Notes: a model not told the origin generated them from the sequence alone. A DNA stretch of 64,000 nt from Eledone cirrhosa (GCA_964016885.1 OZ024743.1:190464001-190528000); one strand, 5' to 3'. Shown: positions 22,732 through 37,239, counted from the stretch's first letter. Program-made: numbers and translations.

Positions 22732-23439
22732 TTATATGGGAAGATTGTAGTTGTCAAGAAGATTGGTTAAAATTTGTTGTAAACACAAATAAGTCCATCA
22801 TGGCATTTGGTGGGAGGTAGGTGTGGCTGAACTTGCCTGTAGAACAATAGGGGAGTGAGTGGAGCGGTCAAGCGTTGAAAGAGATATGTATACAGCAGAT
22901 TCTAAGGATAAGGTATGAAGGGGAGGAGGGAGGTTATAGAATAGGTAAATCGAATGAGAGTAGGAGAGAATAAAAGATAATAGAAATAAATAAAAAAATA
23001 TATAAAATTAGATAGTGAGAAATGAATTTAAAAAATCACAATGCTATCTTACAATAACAGGTTAATAATTTGAGAATAGAAAAAACTTGTAGAAAATGAG
23101 TAGTACAAGAACTGATACAGAATTAAAGGAGTTTAACACGTCTGCTATAAGTAATTAGTAAAACGTATTCGACCAATTCTATCTTAAAATTACAGGGGTG
23201 GGGGAATTGATGCTACAGAGGCCCGATGGGCTGCGTCGGTGTAGGCGAAGGGGAAAAGCAGACGAGGAAGAAAATAGGGGGTGGAAGGAAGTGATAGGAT
23301 GAGACAGGGGGAAGAAGAAGACAAAGAGGAAAAGAAAAGAAAAGAGATACATCTACCTAAGTAAGCTGGGGTTTCCCCTAACTTAATCGGTAAGTAGGGG
23401 GGTATCAGCCCTTGTCTACCCACCCGGGTCGTTATGGGG

Positions 23440-25140
23440 TTTGGGGGCGAGGTAAGTCCTACACAATCTGTGTTTGCATGCGGTTACCAGTTCCTCTTTC
23501 TTGTTTAGGAGCTGGTCCTACGAAAACAGCATTTGTAATGTTTCCACCGAGCATAAGTTACACGGACGGCGTCCTCCGATGTGGCCCGAAAGTGTAGTGG
23601 CATGTCACCGGACGGGGTTTCGGAAAGTATGTCGGTGTTGGTAGAGCCGGGTCTTGAAGTCACACGCGGTTAATCCTATATAAGCTTTGTGTCCGTCCTC
23701 ACGTTGCACTGGTAGATCACGTTACGTTCTCGGCATTTGTTATTGAGGGGGCACGTAGATCTATCAGGGCAGTTACACCTCCTGGTCGGCTCTTCACTGA
23801 TGTCTAAGTTAGTTCTTCCATAGGGGTTGAGTTTTTGTTGTTGTTTGAGGAGACGATGTTTTGTGCGAAGTTAGGTGTGGTGCTGTAGGAGAGTTTGGTG
23901 GTGTTTTTGTTGATTATGTTGTGGTAGCGGTGTTGTAGTGGGAAGTGTTTTTCGAGGAGTCTAAAGAAGATTTTCCCGATAGGTGTTGCCACCTCGTCAT
24001 AATGGGGAGGATTGAACCACGTTACGTTGCGTGAACGGCGGTGTCGCCTGCTAGATCCGCTAAGGGAAGCTGGAGAAAAGGATATTTCCTCCCGGAAGCC
24101 ACTTCGCTTGAGGGCCTGGTTGTAATGAGGCGCGTGTTCGTCGAATATCTGCTTATTAGCGGACAAACGAGATATGCGGATGGAGATGTTTTTAACCAGG
24201 TTATTGGTGATGTTTCTAGGATTGTTAGAGCGGCGGTGGATGTAGTGCAGGTTGTCGTTTGGTTTCTTGTATGGGTAGTACAGATCATTTTCGAGGTTAA
24301 GGGTAACATCCAGGAAATTGACTCGGGTTAGGGACGTTTGTAGGCTGATTTTAAATCCCCAGTCCCGGAAGAAGTTGATTAGGTGTTTACGGACCCGGTC
24401 TGTACTACAGGGGTTGTACCCTTTGTCCCGGTACAATCCACCGCCGAATGCAGGAAACATTTCGGTGAGTTTAAATAGTAGGAATAATCCTATAAGATCT
24501 GTGACCTCGGCCGAATCCGTCGCGCCCATACTGACGTCGAAGTGGGAGTCGGGAACTCTCTTTATCCACTTAGAGTTGTCGAAAGGTAGGACTGTCTTCC
24601 TGGCGTGGAGAATGATATTTCTTTCCTGCTCAGTGATGGGTGTGAGTATTTCGGCAAAGTCCAAGGCGGCCGTAAGGAGCGGTAAGGTGTATAGTAACTC
24701 TCTATGTCAAACTGGAAGAATTTTGTGTCTCGTTTGTCCTCCATATTCCTGAACCATGAGATTATTTCCTGGTGCTGACCCATAGGCTAAGTCTCACGTT
24801 TTGCTTAACTTTTGGTATAACTCGGTCTAGGATCTTTTTACTGATTCTTGCTATGTCCGACTTCGTTGGGTTTATAAGCATAATGGATGGTTTGCGGTCG
24901 AAGTCGGATTTGTGGTCCTTCAGTGTGAAGTAGGGAGTTCGTGGGTCTAGGGGTTCAGTGCGGTCGGCGACCCCGAGGCTGGAGGTAATTTGTTGTCCAT
25001 CTCGATTTATGTCCTCGATAATTGAATAGTTAGCCTTTTTATAGGTGGAGTTTAGGCTGCTCCTGATCAGTGTGTGGTATCTGTCAGGGTTGACGAAGTA
25101 GAGGTTTCCTGTTTTGTCCGAGTGCACCATGATGTCGTTG
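23440..25140 (-). pseudogene. Naiad-type PLE ORF: RT + CxCx5Cx5C linker + GIY-YIG endonuclease, disrupted
   Basis: SDKTGNLY, LINPTKS, FDIESYY, FDVSMGA..AEVTDLIG, GLYRD, VNFLDVT, WFNPP; my translation of 23460-23800 gives CNCPDRSTCPLNNKC..VIY..YIGLT..FKTRLYQH..CNLC..LLNKKEE..CKH. Confidence 0.88.
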
Positions 25141-25400
25141 GTGTTTTCATACTCTGTTTTTTGCTACGGGGTTGTTGTAGGAATCTGTTGTGTCTGGGTT
25201 TGAATTATACCTTATCATACCTTATCCTCAGAATCTGCTGTATACATATCTCTTTCAACGTTTGACCGCTTCACTCACTCCCTATTGTTCTACAGGAAAG
25301 TTCAGCCACACCTACCTCCCACCAAATGCCATGATAGACCTATTTGTGTTTACAACAAATTTTAACCAATCCTCTTGACAACTACAATCTTCCCATATAA

Positions 25401-25516
25401 GGAAGTACCCCCTTGAAAAGTTCGGCTATTAATTCACCAGGTTAAAAATTCTAATTTAGTCATAAAAATAGCCGTCGAAACAGCTTGAGCTCTACCGTCG
25501 GGGTCATACTTTTTCC
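25401..25516 (+). ncRNA. Type-I hammerhead ribozyme motif, family A (U3-A8 core variant, long stem II)
   Basis: GTACCCCC-TTGAAAA-G.TCGGCTATT..(~30 nt)..AATAGCCG.C-GAA-ACAGC(TTGAGCTCT)ACCGT-C-GGGG. The 21650-21680 copy shows a perfect stem III ACGGC/GCCGT. Confidence 0.7.
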
Positions 25517-25720
25517 TATTTCCCACTCTACTACCCTAAGTATTGAGTACTCTGTGCCTTATGGTCCATCTGGTTCCTTACCACAATTCCTTTGTTACAT
25601 ATATATATATATACACATACATACAACACATACATATACATAGAAATATACACACACATATATACAGTACAAACATATACACAGTTAAGTATATACATAC
25701 AAACATACATACCCATACAT

Positions 25721-25868
<148 letters not shown>

Positions 25869-25869
25869 G

Positions 25870-28700
25870 TAACAACTTCCCCGCTTCAAGGGGACAGCAA
25901 GGTAATTTCCAATTTCTCAACTCTCACTTCCACAATACACAACAAACCCACACCACACGATACAACCAACAACGTAGGCCACCTATAACACCACAATCCT
26001 ACATGGCACATAGAAACACACATCCATACTCGCAATACAGGAACACCCCATTCAATCTACAACCTCGAACCCCAACCACATTTTACAACAACAAGGAATA
26101 TAAAAAACACAGGAGACCACTTAACATCAGCAGACAACCTCTCTACCCCAACCATTTTTTAGACACAGCACACAGATACAGGCAAACAAAATAACACAAG
26201 AAAGGGAGGAGAAACCGAGAGTAATAAAAATTATCAATCTAGCTAGTGCAGAACCAACACCCAACCTTATCAACCAATGGTCTTAAATTCACACCGACCC
26301 CACTACGTCCTAACTACTATGAAATGAAGGACGACATCACAGACTTCTGTAGAAAGTTACGACTCAGTGAAGAACTATTCACCCAGTACAATGAATATAA
26401 ATCATTAGCCAGAAATAGAAGCAACTACACCCCATCAAAAGGTAGAAATAAAATCCTGGACGAATTCTGTGAACACATCACAAACTTCCCTTACCAACAC
26501 TTGCACAGACAAAAACAGAAGCCAAACCTCAACAAGAAAGAATGGGAAGAATTAAATAGATTAAAAACCGACAGAACCATTACAATTAAAGAGGCTGATA
26601 AAGGGAGTACAGTAGTCCTAATTGAGACAGAATTCTATATCAACTTAGCGCTCACCACTTTGGAAAACGAAACATACTACGAAAAGGCTGAACACTACAA
26701 TCAACAGAAAATTATGAGAAACCTAAAAACTCTGATCACCCAATACAAAGAAGGACTCACTAACAAGGAATTCAGCTTCATCACAGACTTCACAAGTAAA
26801 TCAAACCTTTTCTACGGTATCCCTAAAGTATATAAAAGCGAATTAATAAGTAAGGCATGCAAGGAAGCCACAGACATAGTCCTCAATGTCCCCTCATCCA
26901 ATGATCTCAAATTAAGACCTATAATAGCAGGCCCCGCTTGCGAAACCCACCGCCTTAGCAACTTCATTGATACCCTTCTCAAGCCTTTTCTCAAACACAT
27001 CAAAAGCTATATAAGGGACGACCAAGATATGCCCAATCACCTCCCTAATATGCCCCTTTCTGAACAAATCCTACTAGTGACGTTCGATGCAGTCAACCGA
27101 TACTCCAACATCCCCCACAACCTAGGAATAGAAGCTATCCAATTCTGGCTGGATAATTACCACACTGAACTCCCACAACGCATCAAAAAAGAATTCGTCC
27201 ATAGAGGTACTCAAATTTATCTTGGAGAACAATTACTTCGTTTTCAATAACAAATCCTACAGGCAGAAATCTGGGACCGCTATGGGAACGAAAACAGACC
27301 CCACTTATGTCATGGGATACCTGGAAATGGGATACCTGGAAATCACCCTCTACACTAAACAGATTTTTAAACACTCTCCACTTACACATAGAAAAGAACT
27401 GAAAGCGATATCTAGATGACTGCTTCATCCTTTGGCACGAAAACATCGAGAAACTTAAAGAATTTCACACCCTTATAAATGGGCTCAACACGAATATTAA
27501 CTTTACGATGGAATACAGCCATCAACAACTCCCCTTCCTCGATATCCTCATTAAGATTCATAACAAAAAAATAGAAACAGACATATACTACAAGCCCACA
27601 GACTCCAAGCAATATCTTCCTTTCAACTCTTGCCACCCTAGACATGTTAAAATGAATATTCCCTACAACTTAGCCAAGAGAATATGTACTATAGTCTCCA
27701 ATAAAAACACCTGTTACTTACGGCTACAAGAACTAAAGGATACACTCATAGACAGGGACTACCCTGCATTTGGAATCCAACGTGCCTTAAAACTCAGTAC
27801 CCAGGACCTTAGACACGCTAAAGTAAATCAACCGAAACTAAAAGCTCTTCCATACATATCGACACACAACCCCCTCAACAATGAGGCCTTTGACACCATC
27901 CTCCAGAACACCGCTGTGTTAAAAAAGGACCATAGAATGAACCAAATTCTTCGAACACACGATATCATAAAGAGCAAAAGACAATCTAAGTCAATGAAAA
28001 ACATCCTAACACATGCCAAAGTACTGCCAACCACAACAACTAAACCCACAGTAAAAGAATGCGATAGACCCAACTGTGGCATATGCATCAACCTAATAGA
28101 GGGTTCGGAATTATATTTCAAAGAAGTACAACGTTTTATAGTAAAACACAATTTCACATGCGCATCAGAAAATCTAATATATGTATTAACTTGCTCAGGT
28201 TGTCGAGAACAATACATAGGCCAGACCAAAAACAGCCTCCGCCAACGCATGACTGTCCATAGATCCTAAATTAAAATACGGGAATACAGGAAAATACCAC
28301 TGAGTGAACACATTGTACCTGTACCGCCCAAAATCATCCCAACTTTAGAATCTTTCCCCTCTACAAATTTAAAGATAATGCCCCCCACACCCAGCGCATC
28401 AGCAAGGAATCTCACTTTATTAACAAATACGGACCCCGTCTAAACACTTCTGCCTAAGACGAACCCACAACACACACACGTCGACATAATACCTACATCA
28501 GCATACATCCTACATACATCTCTATCCACATATAAACACAATGACATACGTAAACACACATGTTCTATGGTGCAACACAAATATACACACATTTGTATAT
28601 CTTTTGATGTCTATAGATATAAACGTGCCGAGACACATACATACATATACGCACCCATGCATTGCACACATATTGGCACATACATATTTGTACACAAGTA
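25870..28700 (+). mobile_element. Penelope-like element, Neptune-type (RT + Cys linker + GIY-YIG), ORF ~26220-28457 disrupted
   Basis: GLKFTPTP, IKEADKGS, FYGIPKVYK, LRPII, GTAMGT, RYLDDCF, LPFLD, YYKPTD, SCHP; CDRPNCGIC; NLIY..CSGC..QYIGQT..LRQRM..H. Begins at (TA)n. 3' boundary uncertain. Confidence 0.88.
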
Positions 28701-29175
28701 TTCCAATACGGCGGGGCCTAATGGATTCCCGTTGCAGTACGAACAATCTGGACACACTCACACGCACCTTGGTGTTATGACAATACTATATATCATTTCA
28801 CACCTTTTATTATTAATGTTTTTGATGTTCTCTTGAGAGAATCGTTTTTGCTGAAAATATCGAATAATGTACACCATTTTTCCAGTATCACAAAAATACT
28901 GGTCCACCCACACACACACACACATATATATACACACACACATACACTAACATACAAATAGACATATACACACACACACACACACACACTTCTCCGTATA
29001 AGACAAGAGCTGAAATATTTCGTTCAACATGTTAAAATATACATGAGAAAAATACATTCAACCACATACACACATATATATAAATAATTACTTATATATA
29101 AAATATACATATACACACACATACGCACATGTATACGTACATACACACGCACATATATACACACACACAAACACA

Positions 29176-29227
<52 letters not shown>

Positions 29228-29364
29228 GGAAGGGGTATTCAATTAGTTGTAAATCCGACAAGTATAAACAAATTATTAGTGTTTATAACTGATTTAGAGC
29301 ACTCAACAAGTTCGTGGAGTAAATATTCAATGATATTTAATATCTTTGTATATATATCTCCGGG

Positions 29365-31010
29365 ATATTCGTCTCGCCCGCCACTTTGGTGGCCCTGGAA
29401 ATTCCGCACGCCATCTCACAGTCTGTGGCCTACTCCAATGCCACAGAACACCCGCCAATCGCCTTAGAGTCGAACAAAGAACTATCTTCATCTTACAGAC
29501 CCTCAATCCCCCCGGCCTGAACTCCCCACCCTTATTCCTTTAGCCTTCGACCGCCCCCCTCCCCCACACTTATCCCCCACTAACACCACTAACACACCCC
29601 TCCTTTTCACCGCCCACCCCACAACTAACAATACTATCACCTCCACTCCACCCCTCATCCGACCACCCTTCCCCAATTAACATATAAACATCCCTCCCTT
29701 CTTCTCCTCCTCCCCCTCCTTATCACACGCACACACCCACCGGCACACATATATACACACGCACCCACTTACACCACCCACCCCAGACGCAACTAACATC
29801 ACCAACACCCCCCAACTCCACGCACACGTACCCACACACCCTCGTACACCTCCACCACTAACCCCCACTCACACCTGCATTCAACCCTTCCCCACCTCCC
29901 GTATACTAACACCCACTAACACCCCCTTCATCAAACTACACACACACCAGTACACCACACTCCCTCCATAGAACTACACACACCCTTCTCTCCCCGCTCC
30001 ACCCACACCCTCGCTCCACACTCAGTCATCCCACTAACACCTCTACTAATACACACACACACCCTCCAACTTTCACACCTACCCATCCTCGCCCTTGTAC
30101 CATTCCACCGACTGCTGCTATGTCCACTGACCACCTCCCAGCACAAACAGACACACAGCACTCCCACCGCTTGACCACTTCCTGTTGCGCGCGCACCCCA
30201 CATCTCTCCTCTTCCGACCATCTCTTCATGGAATACTCGTATGTGGAACTTGACCACCACAGAATCCACTAAACATCATAGGATTTTACCAACATTTCAA
30301 CCATCCTCTTACGGAATCACCTATATAACTCACCCACACACACACCCCAAACATTTTTTCTCCCACACGCCACCTACACCCACAACACGCTTAAACCCCA
30401 CACACACACGTGTTTTCCACCACATATTTACACCCTCAGCCTCCTGATTCCCCACCCCCCACCCCTCTATCCACACACGCACAGACACTCCGACCTACAA
30501 CCCCCCCACACACACACCACTTCCTAAACATGCAACCCCGTTCTTCCCCCAACCCTTACTTTCACATACACACGCACATACACACACGTACACCTACACA
30601 CACACACTACCTTCAGCCCTCCCCGCTCGGACACCCCGTCTCCCTCTCCCTACTCCACCCGCCAAAACCCCTACACACCCCAGACCCTTCCACCACCTGT
30701 TTTACCCCTTTTTAATTTCAGTTTATTTTGATCATGCTTTTATATTTAATTTTATTTCATTCCTTGTATTTTGATCATGCTTTATTTTTACTTTTATTTT
30801 TATTTTTAATTTCATTCGCACCGTTTCCTTTCGCTATATATCTCTCCACCACTCCCCTACACACCCTTTGAAATCTGTTCCCACACACTTCTCACCTGAG
30901 GAAGGGCTTATGCCCGAAACGTCATTCCCCACCACCACCCCACTCTCCAGAGCGTGAAATTAATAAACATTCGTTGTACTGCCTCTCTGTTTTGTTCCTG
31001 ATCAAATTTT
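29365..31010 (+). mobile_element. 5'-truncated Penelope-like element: GIY-YIG C-terminus, long C-rich 3'UTR, hammerhead
   Basis: LARHF..RLRVEQRTIFILQTLNPPGLN (typical PLE endonuclease end), ~1.2 kb C/A-rich tract, CTGAGGA..GAAACGTC, AATAAA, then (TA)n. Confidence 0.75.
30890..30930 (+). ncRNA. Minimal hammerhead ribozyme motif (Penelope type)
   Basis: CTGAGGA-AGGGC(TTAT)GCCC-GAAACGTC, with palindromic minimal helix III; stem I poorly paired. Confidence 0.65.
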
Positions 31011-31268
31011 TCCATTATATATATATACATACACATACATATACACATACATATATACATATATATATATATACATACATATATACACACACACACACAC
31101 ATACATAAGGTTGCATCACCACATATATATATAAAACACACACACACGCACACACATATATATATATATATATATCTACATACATACACAAACACATATA
31201 CATAAACATACATATACACGCACAAAAATTACACACTCACATAAATACATATATATATATACATACAC

Positions 31269-31301
<33 letters not shown>

Positions 31302-31339
31302 GACATACATACATATACATACATACACACATAAATATA

Positions 31340-32450
31340 TATCTATATATAAAAAGGGGGGGGGGTGTAATGTAAAGGGTAAGGTAGAAAGTAGGGGGAA
31401 TATAAGTCAACAGAAATATAAATAACAGGAAAAAAAATATAAATATAAGAGGAGATGAGGGAGAAAAAGAATATATGGGTAAAGAATGTGAATTCAGAGA
31501 GTAATAATAATCGTAGTGGATGTAAGGCGTAATGAGTAAAGAAGTTCAAGGTGGTTGAGTCATCGTAGGAATGTCAATCCAGATCCAAAGTAGGTGTGAT
31601 TTCATCTGAGGACAACATCTGAAGATCTCGGTCTTGGGGTTAAGGCAAGTGGAAGTGGCTTTCAAATTTTGGAGAATTCTAAATTTGTCCGTGGTGCACA
31701 AAAACAATTCTTTGTGCCCCTTTGGTATTCTCTTGATTGGTCTAAATAGACCAATCGATAGTGTACGGGATAGTTTGTCTTTGAATTCCCACACTTTATT
31801 TGCAAGAGCCGTTGCTGTTCTTTTAACCGGGTGTTTTAAAAAAGCGACATGTGCATAAAACCTGGTTTTGAACCTGTCCTGAGTCATGCCAACATATCGT
31901 TCACTCCTGGCTGGCTGGTTGTTAATCAACGGTGTCAATTTCGTCTCATATACAACGGATTTAGTATTACATTTGCCCTGTAATGGACATTCTTCCGGCT
32001 CCCTGCAACTGCATCCTGGATTTACTCTCGTACGATGAGAGTTGGTAATTTTAGTCTTCATTGATTGACAGCAAGAGTAAATCGTACGAGAGTAATCGTA
32101 AGAGAGTAAATCCAGGATGCAGTTTCAGGAAGCCGGAAGAATGCCCATTACAGGGCAAATGTAATACTAAATCCGTTGTATATGAGGCCAAATTGACAAC
32201 GTTGACCAGCCAGCCAAGAGTCAACGATATGTTGGCATGACTCAGGACAGGTTCAAAACCAGGTTGTATGCACATGTCGCTTCTTTTAAATACCGGGATA
32301 AAAGAACAGCAGCGGTTCTCGCAAATAAAGTGTGGGAATTCAAACACAAACTATCCCGTACACTATCGATTGGTCTATTTAGACCATTCTATAGAATACC
32401 AAAGGGGCACAAAGAATTGTTCTTTGTGCACCACGGACAAATTTAGAATA
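31340..32450. mobile_element. Inverted duplication of a Naiad-type GIY-YIG domain (31546-32061 on -, ~32085-32450 on +)
   Basis: GCSCREPEECPLQGKC..VVY..YVGMTQDRFKTR..H..LCTTDKFRIL on both strands, diverging from ~32070. Confidence 0.85.
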
Positions 32451-32524
32451 CTCCTAAAATGTGTGTATATGTTTGTAGTGATATATATGTGTGTGTATAT
32501 TTCTATGTATGTGTACGTGCTGTA

Positions 32525-33560
<1,036 letters not shown>

Positions 33561-34118
33561 ATAAGCTCTGTAACCTACATAGAGCACTCTTTTTTCCTGG
33601 ACATTTCCGATGGAATTACTTCATATATATAAGAGAGTATTGAAGTTTGCTTGAAGCATTGTGGAATAAAAAGGTAAATTTCTTTAAGTCGTTTGGAAGC
33701 CTCGACAATGCAGATGGGTAAATCTCCGGGTAACAAGATCCGGTGGTGGAGAGAGAGATGTAAGTGGGTGTACGTTGGGATGCGTGGCGTGTAGAAGAAT
33801 GTAGGAAAGAGCGTAAAGGATAAACATTAAAATATAAATATAAATATAAATATAAATATAATAACACGAGATAGATTTACCTTGGGAGAGATTTAATTGT
33901 TCCTATATATTTCGGATTCACATCCATCAACTGGGGTTATTTTCCGGGTGGGTAAAGGTTCTCTGTCGGAAAGATGCGAAACGTGTCCTCCACGGTTCGT
34001 TGTTTAGAATATCTGAGGTTTTCAGCAGAGCGCGCGTGCGCGTGAAATGGGGTCGGTCAAGCAGAGTTCGGCGGCCGAAATAGTTCTTTCATAGTTCTTT
34101 AATATATATATATATATA

Positions 34119-35468
34119 TTGAACTCCGACCAACATGGGTTCCGTAATGGAAGGGACTGCCTAACGCAGCTCCTGCATCACTTTGACGATGTTTTGAGAG
34201 CCTTGGGAGAGGGCGCCAACACTGATGTCATCTACCTTGATTTCAGCAAGTCCTTTAACAGGGCTGATCATAAGATTCTACTGAAAAAACAATTCAATGT
34301 TTGTGTCCCTGGAAGGTTACTACAGTGGTTCAAATGTTTACTGACAGACAGAACCCAGCATGTTGTAGTCGAAGGAGTAAAATCAAGCCCTGCCAAAGTC
34401 AGCAGTGGCGTCCCACAAGGCACTGTGTTGGGCCCACTTCTTTTCATCATCTACATTAATGACATTACTGAAATCATCAAGCACAGCAACATAAGAATCT
34501 TCGTAAATGATTCCAAGCTCCAAAGGATCATCAATGAGGTGGGTAACGGGACTTGCCTTCAGTCAGACCTACTGGCTGTTATCCAATGGGCAGAAAAGAA
34601 TAATATGCTGTTGAATGAGGATAAGTTTGAATTAATCCACTTTGGAAAAAAGGATGCCCTGAAACTACCATACTCTCTTCCTTCGGGTGAAATTCTAGTG
34701 GTATCCAATAACATCAGAGACCTGGGAGTAATTGTGGACAACAATATAAGCTGGGTCACTCATATAAACAGCAAAGTTGATATGGCCCGCAGAATGTGTT
34801 CCTGGATTCTCAAAACTTTCCAGTCGAGAGATATCCACACTGTTATGCTTCTCTTCTCCACTCTTGCCCGACCCCACCTTGAATACTGTTGTCCACTGTG
34901 GTCTCCCCGCACGAAACAAAGTATCATGAAATTTGAAGCACCCCAAAGGTCAATTACAAAAAAAGATAGATGGCATGACAGACCTTGACTTTTGGAGTCG
35001 ATCAGAAAAGCTCAACCATTATTCTCTCCAACGTCACTGTGAGCGCTACATTATCTGCATGATGTGGAAAATATTCCATCAGCTTTGCCCAAATGATGTT
35101 GGCATCACCTTTAATGTACACACAAGGCTTGGGTCCCGTGCTATCCTCCCACGACAAAAATCTCACTCGCATCTCATAATAACAATACGGCACAATTATT
35201 TCACCTCAATTGGCCCTGCTCTCTTTAACATTAGACCAAAACACATCAAATCAGAAACAGACCCCATCAACTTCAAGAAGACTTTGGATAAATTCCTTCA
35301 AGAAATACCGGATAAGCCTCCTATACCCGTCTATGCCTCCGTAAACAATAACTCTCTGCTCGAGTGGGCCATGGTGCCCAGACACTAATTTGTAAGACTT
35401 CGCCAGGTGGTGCTATTAAGTTAGACATGGCCGGGGCCAATACTGGCCGAAAGCTATCAAAGTTATAT
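34119..35468 (+). mobile_element. CR1-clade LINE, 5'-truncated, within (TA)n
   Basis: QHGFRNGRDCLTQL, DVIYLDFSK, SGVPQGTVLGPLLFIIYINDI, FVNDSKL (degenerate ADD), IRDLGV, RPHLEYCCPLWSP; short 3'UTR with a GGCC..GGCC stem-loop; (TA)n on both sides. Confidence 0.88.
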
Positions 35469-35495
35469 CTATATATATATATATATATATATATA

Positions 35496-36055
35496 GAAGT
35501 ATATATACGAACATACATATATGTATATAGACATACCGTAGTATGTATATACATACATACATGCACACGTATGGGTTTACCGAACATTTATTAAAATGTT
35601 CGGTTTGTTTGTAAACAAACAGCCCAAATTAAGCCGTAAAGTGTTCGGCAACCATCGTTGCCCTTTTGTTCAACTGACGAAGAAACGATGAACTAGTTTC
35701 TAGCTTATTAGCTGTCATCAGCACCGTATATCTTCCTCTCAATCGATTGAACGTTTGAAAGTATATACTTTCCTTGTGCATATTAACGGCTGAGCAGCCT
35801 AATTTGCATATCGAGTGAGTTAGTCGGCTGGGCGTACCGAAAATGATAAATGAAAAAATGAAATTTCATTTCTCACTATTAGAACCGAACATTACAATAA
35901 ATGCTGGGTAAACCCATATGTACATATATATATATATGTGCATGTATGTATGAATAAACACACTACTGTATACATATATGTATGTACGTATACATACTTA
36001 TATTTAAGTATCAGCCGTACTAAGAGTGAGAAATGAAAATTTCATTTTTTCCATT
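35496..36055. repeat. Unclassified ~430-bp repeat (family E): forward partial copy fused to an inverted partial copy
   Basis: 35496-35880 matches 37430-37840; 35882-36055 is the reverse complement of 37374-37555. Confidence 0.75.
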
Positions 36056-36110
36056 TATATATATATATATATATATTTACACATATATATATACATATAT
36101 ATATATATTC

Positions 36111-36163
<53 letters not shown>

Positions 36164-36388
36164 ACATATACATATATATACATATATATAGAGATATATA
36201 TATACATACATATATATATATATATATATGCATATATATATATATATATACGTAGGTCCCGGGTTGAGTCGGGGATAACCACAGTAAGTAAGGTACTCAA
36301 TACATGGCAGAGTAAATTTTTTTTATTTTATAGAAGGAGCTTCTACAGGACTAGTACTGTTTCATTCAGATGAAATCTTCAGATGAAT

Positions 36389-36437
36389 GCTTCCTGAAGA
36401 TTTCATCTGAATGAAACAGTACTAGTCCTGTAGAAGC
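36389..36437 (+). ncRNA. Type-I hammerhead ribozyme motif, family D, inside a palindrome (arms ~36318-36382 / 36394-36460)
   Basis: GCTTC-CTGAAGA-TTTC(ATCT)GAAT-GAA-ACAG(TACTAGTC)CTGT-A-GAAGC. Confidence 0.78.
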
Positions 36438-36458
36438 TCCTTCTATAAAATAAAAATA

Positions 36459-36520
<62 letters not shown>

Positions 36521-36592
36521 TATACATATATATACATATATAGTAATAATAATAAATTTGAAGACTAAAATCCAAAGAGGGCTCGATATATT

Positions 36593-36630
<38 letters not shown>

Positions 36631-36862
36631 TATTCTCTTTTACCTGTTTCAGCCATCCGGCTGAGGCCATGCTGGGGCACCTATATATATAAAAAATACA
36701 ATATGTTGAAAAGGAAACACACCAGAGAGAGAGATAGTGCGCCATCAATAAAACAGGTAAAACCACCAGTGTATGGTCTATAATCTATGAAAGCAGGGTA
36801 GATACACAATAATTAAAAATATAAATTAAAATGTATATAAGCACCTCTATATCTATATAACA

Positions 36863-36943
36863 CACGCGTACAAATCCAAAGAGGTCTTTTTCGCAAGGAT
36901 GTTGTTGACTGAAATGGAATAGCCTATGGTTCATCAGCGCGTG
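36863..36943 (-). ncRNA. Type-I hammerhead ribozyme motif, family B relative
   Basis: CACGCG-CTGATGA-..-GAAA..TTTGTA-CGCGTG; surrounding 36720-36945 is homologous to 21740-21930. Confidence 0.65.
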
Positions 36944-37208
36944 CAAGACTATACAAAAGACCTCAGGATTCCTTTTCCTTTAAAATACAATATGTGCTTC
37001 CTTTTCAACATATTGCATTTTAAAGAGCTCAGGATTCCTTCTCCTTTGAGCACATTATTGACAGGGAATAACGAGAGTCTATGGCTCCGTTAATTTATCG
37101 TGATATATATAAATATACATATACATATATATATACATATACATATATATATACATATACATATATATACGTATATATATATATATATACATATACATAT
37201 ACATACGT

Positions 37209-37239
<31 letters not shown>

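Larger units (their letters stand above)
22635..25598 (-). mobile_element. Penelope-like element, Naiad-type, with 3' pLTR and inverted pLTR at the 5' end
   Basis: RT and GIY-YIG ORF on -; 22640-22920 and 25213-25515 are inverted copies; hammerhead motif in the pLTRs; (TA)n at both ends. Confidence 0.88.

Noticed and set aside
23440-23800. Selenocysteine recoding in the Naiad-type element (some Naiads encode selenoproteins)
   Set aside because: All CxCx5Cx5C and CxxC cysteines are TGY. The one in-frame TGA (~23605) sits at a likely Arg position (CGA to TGA decay), and the ORF has other stops and frameshifts.
33915-33950. Variant hammerhead on - (TTGATGG..GAAA)
   Set aside because: The core is non-canonical without 3-8 complementarity, and helix I is not supported.
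35670-35720. Hammerhead in repeat family E (CTGACGA..)
   Set aside because: No GAAA after the putative helix II, and the core is not conserved in the 37630 copy.
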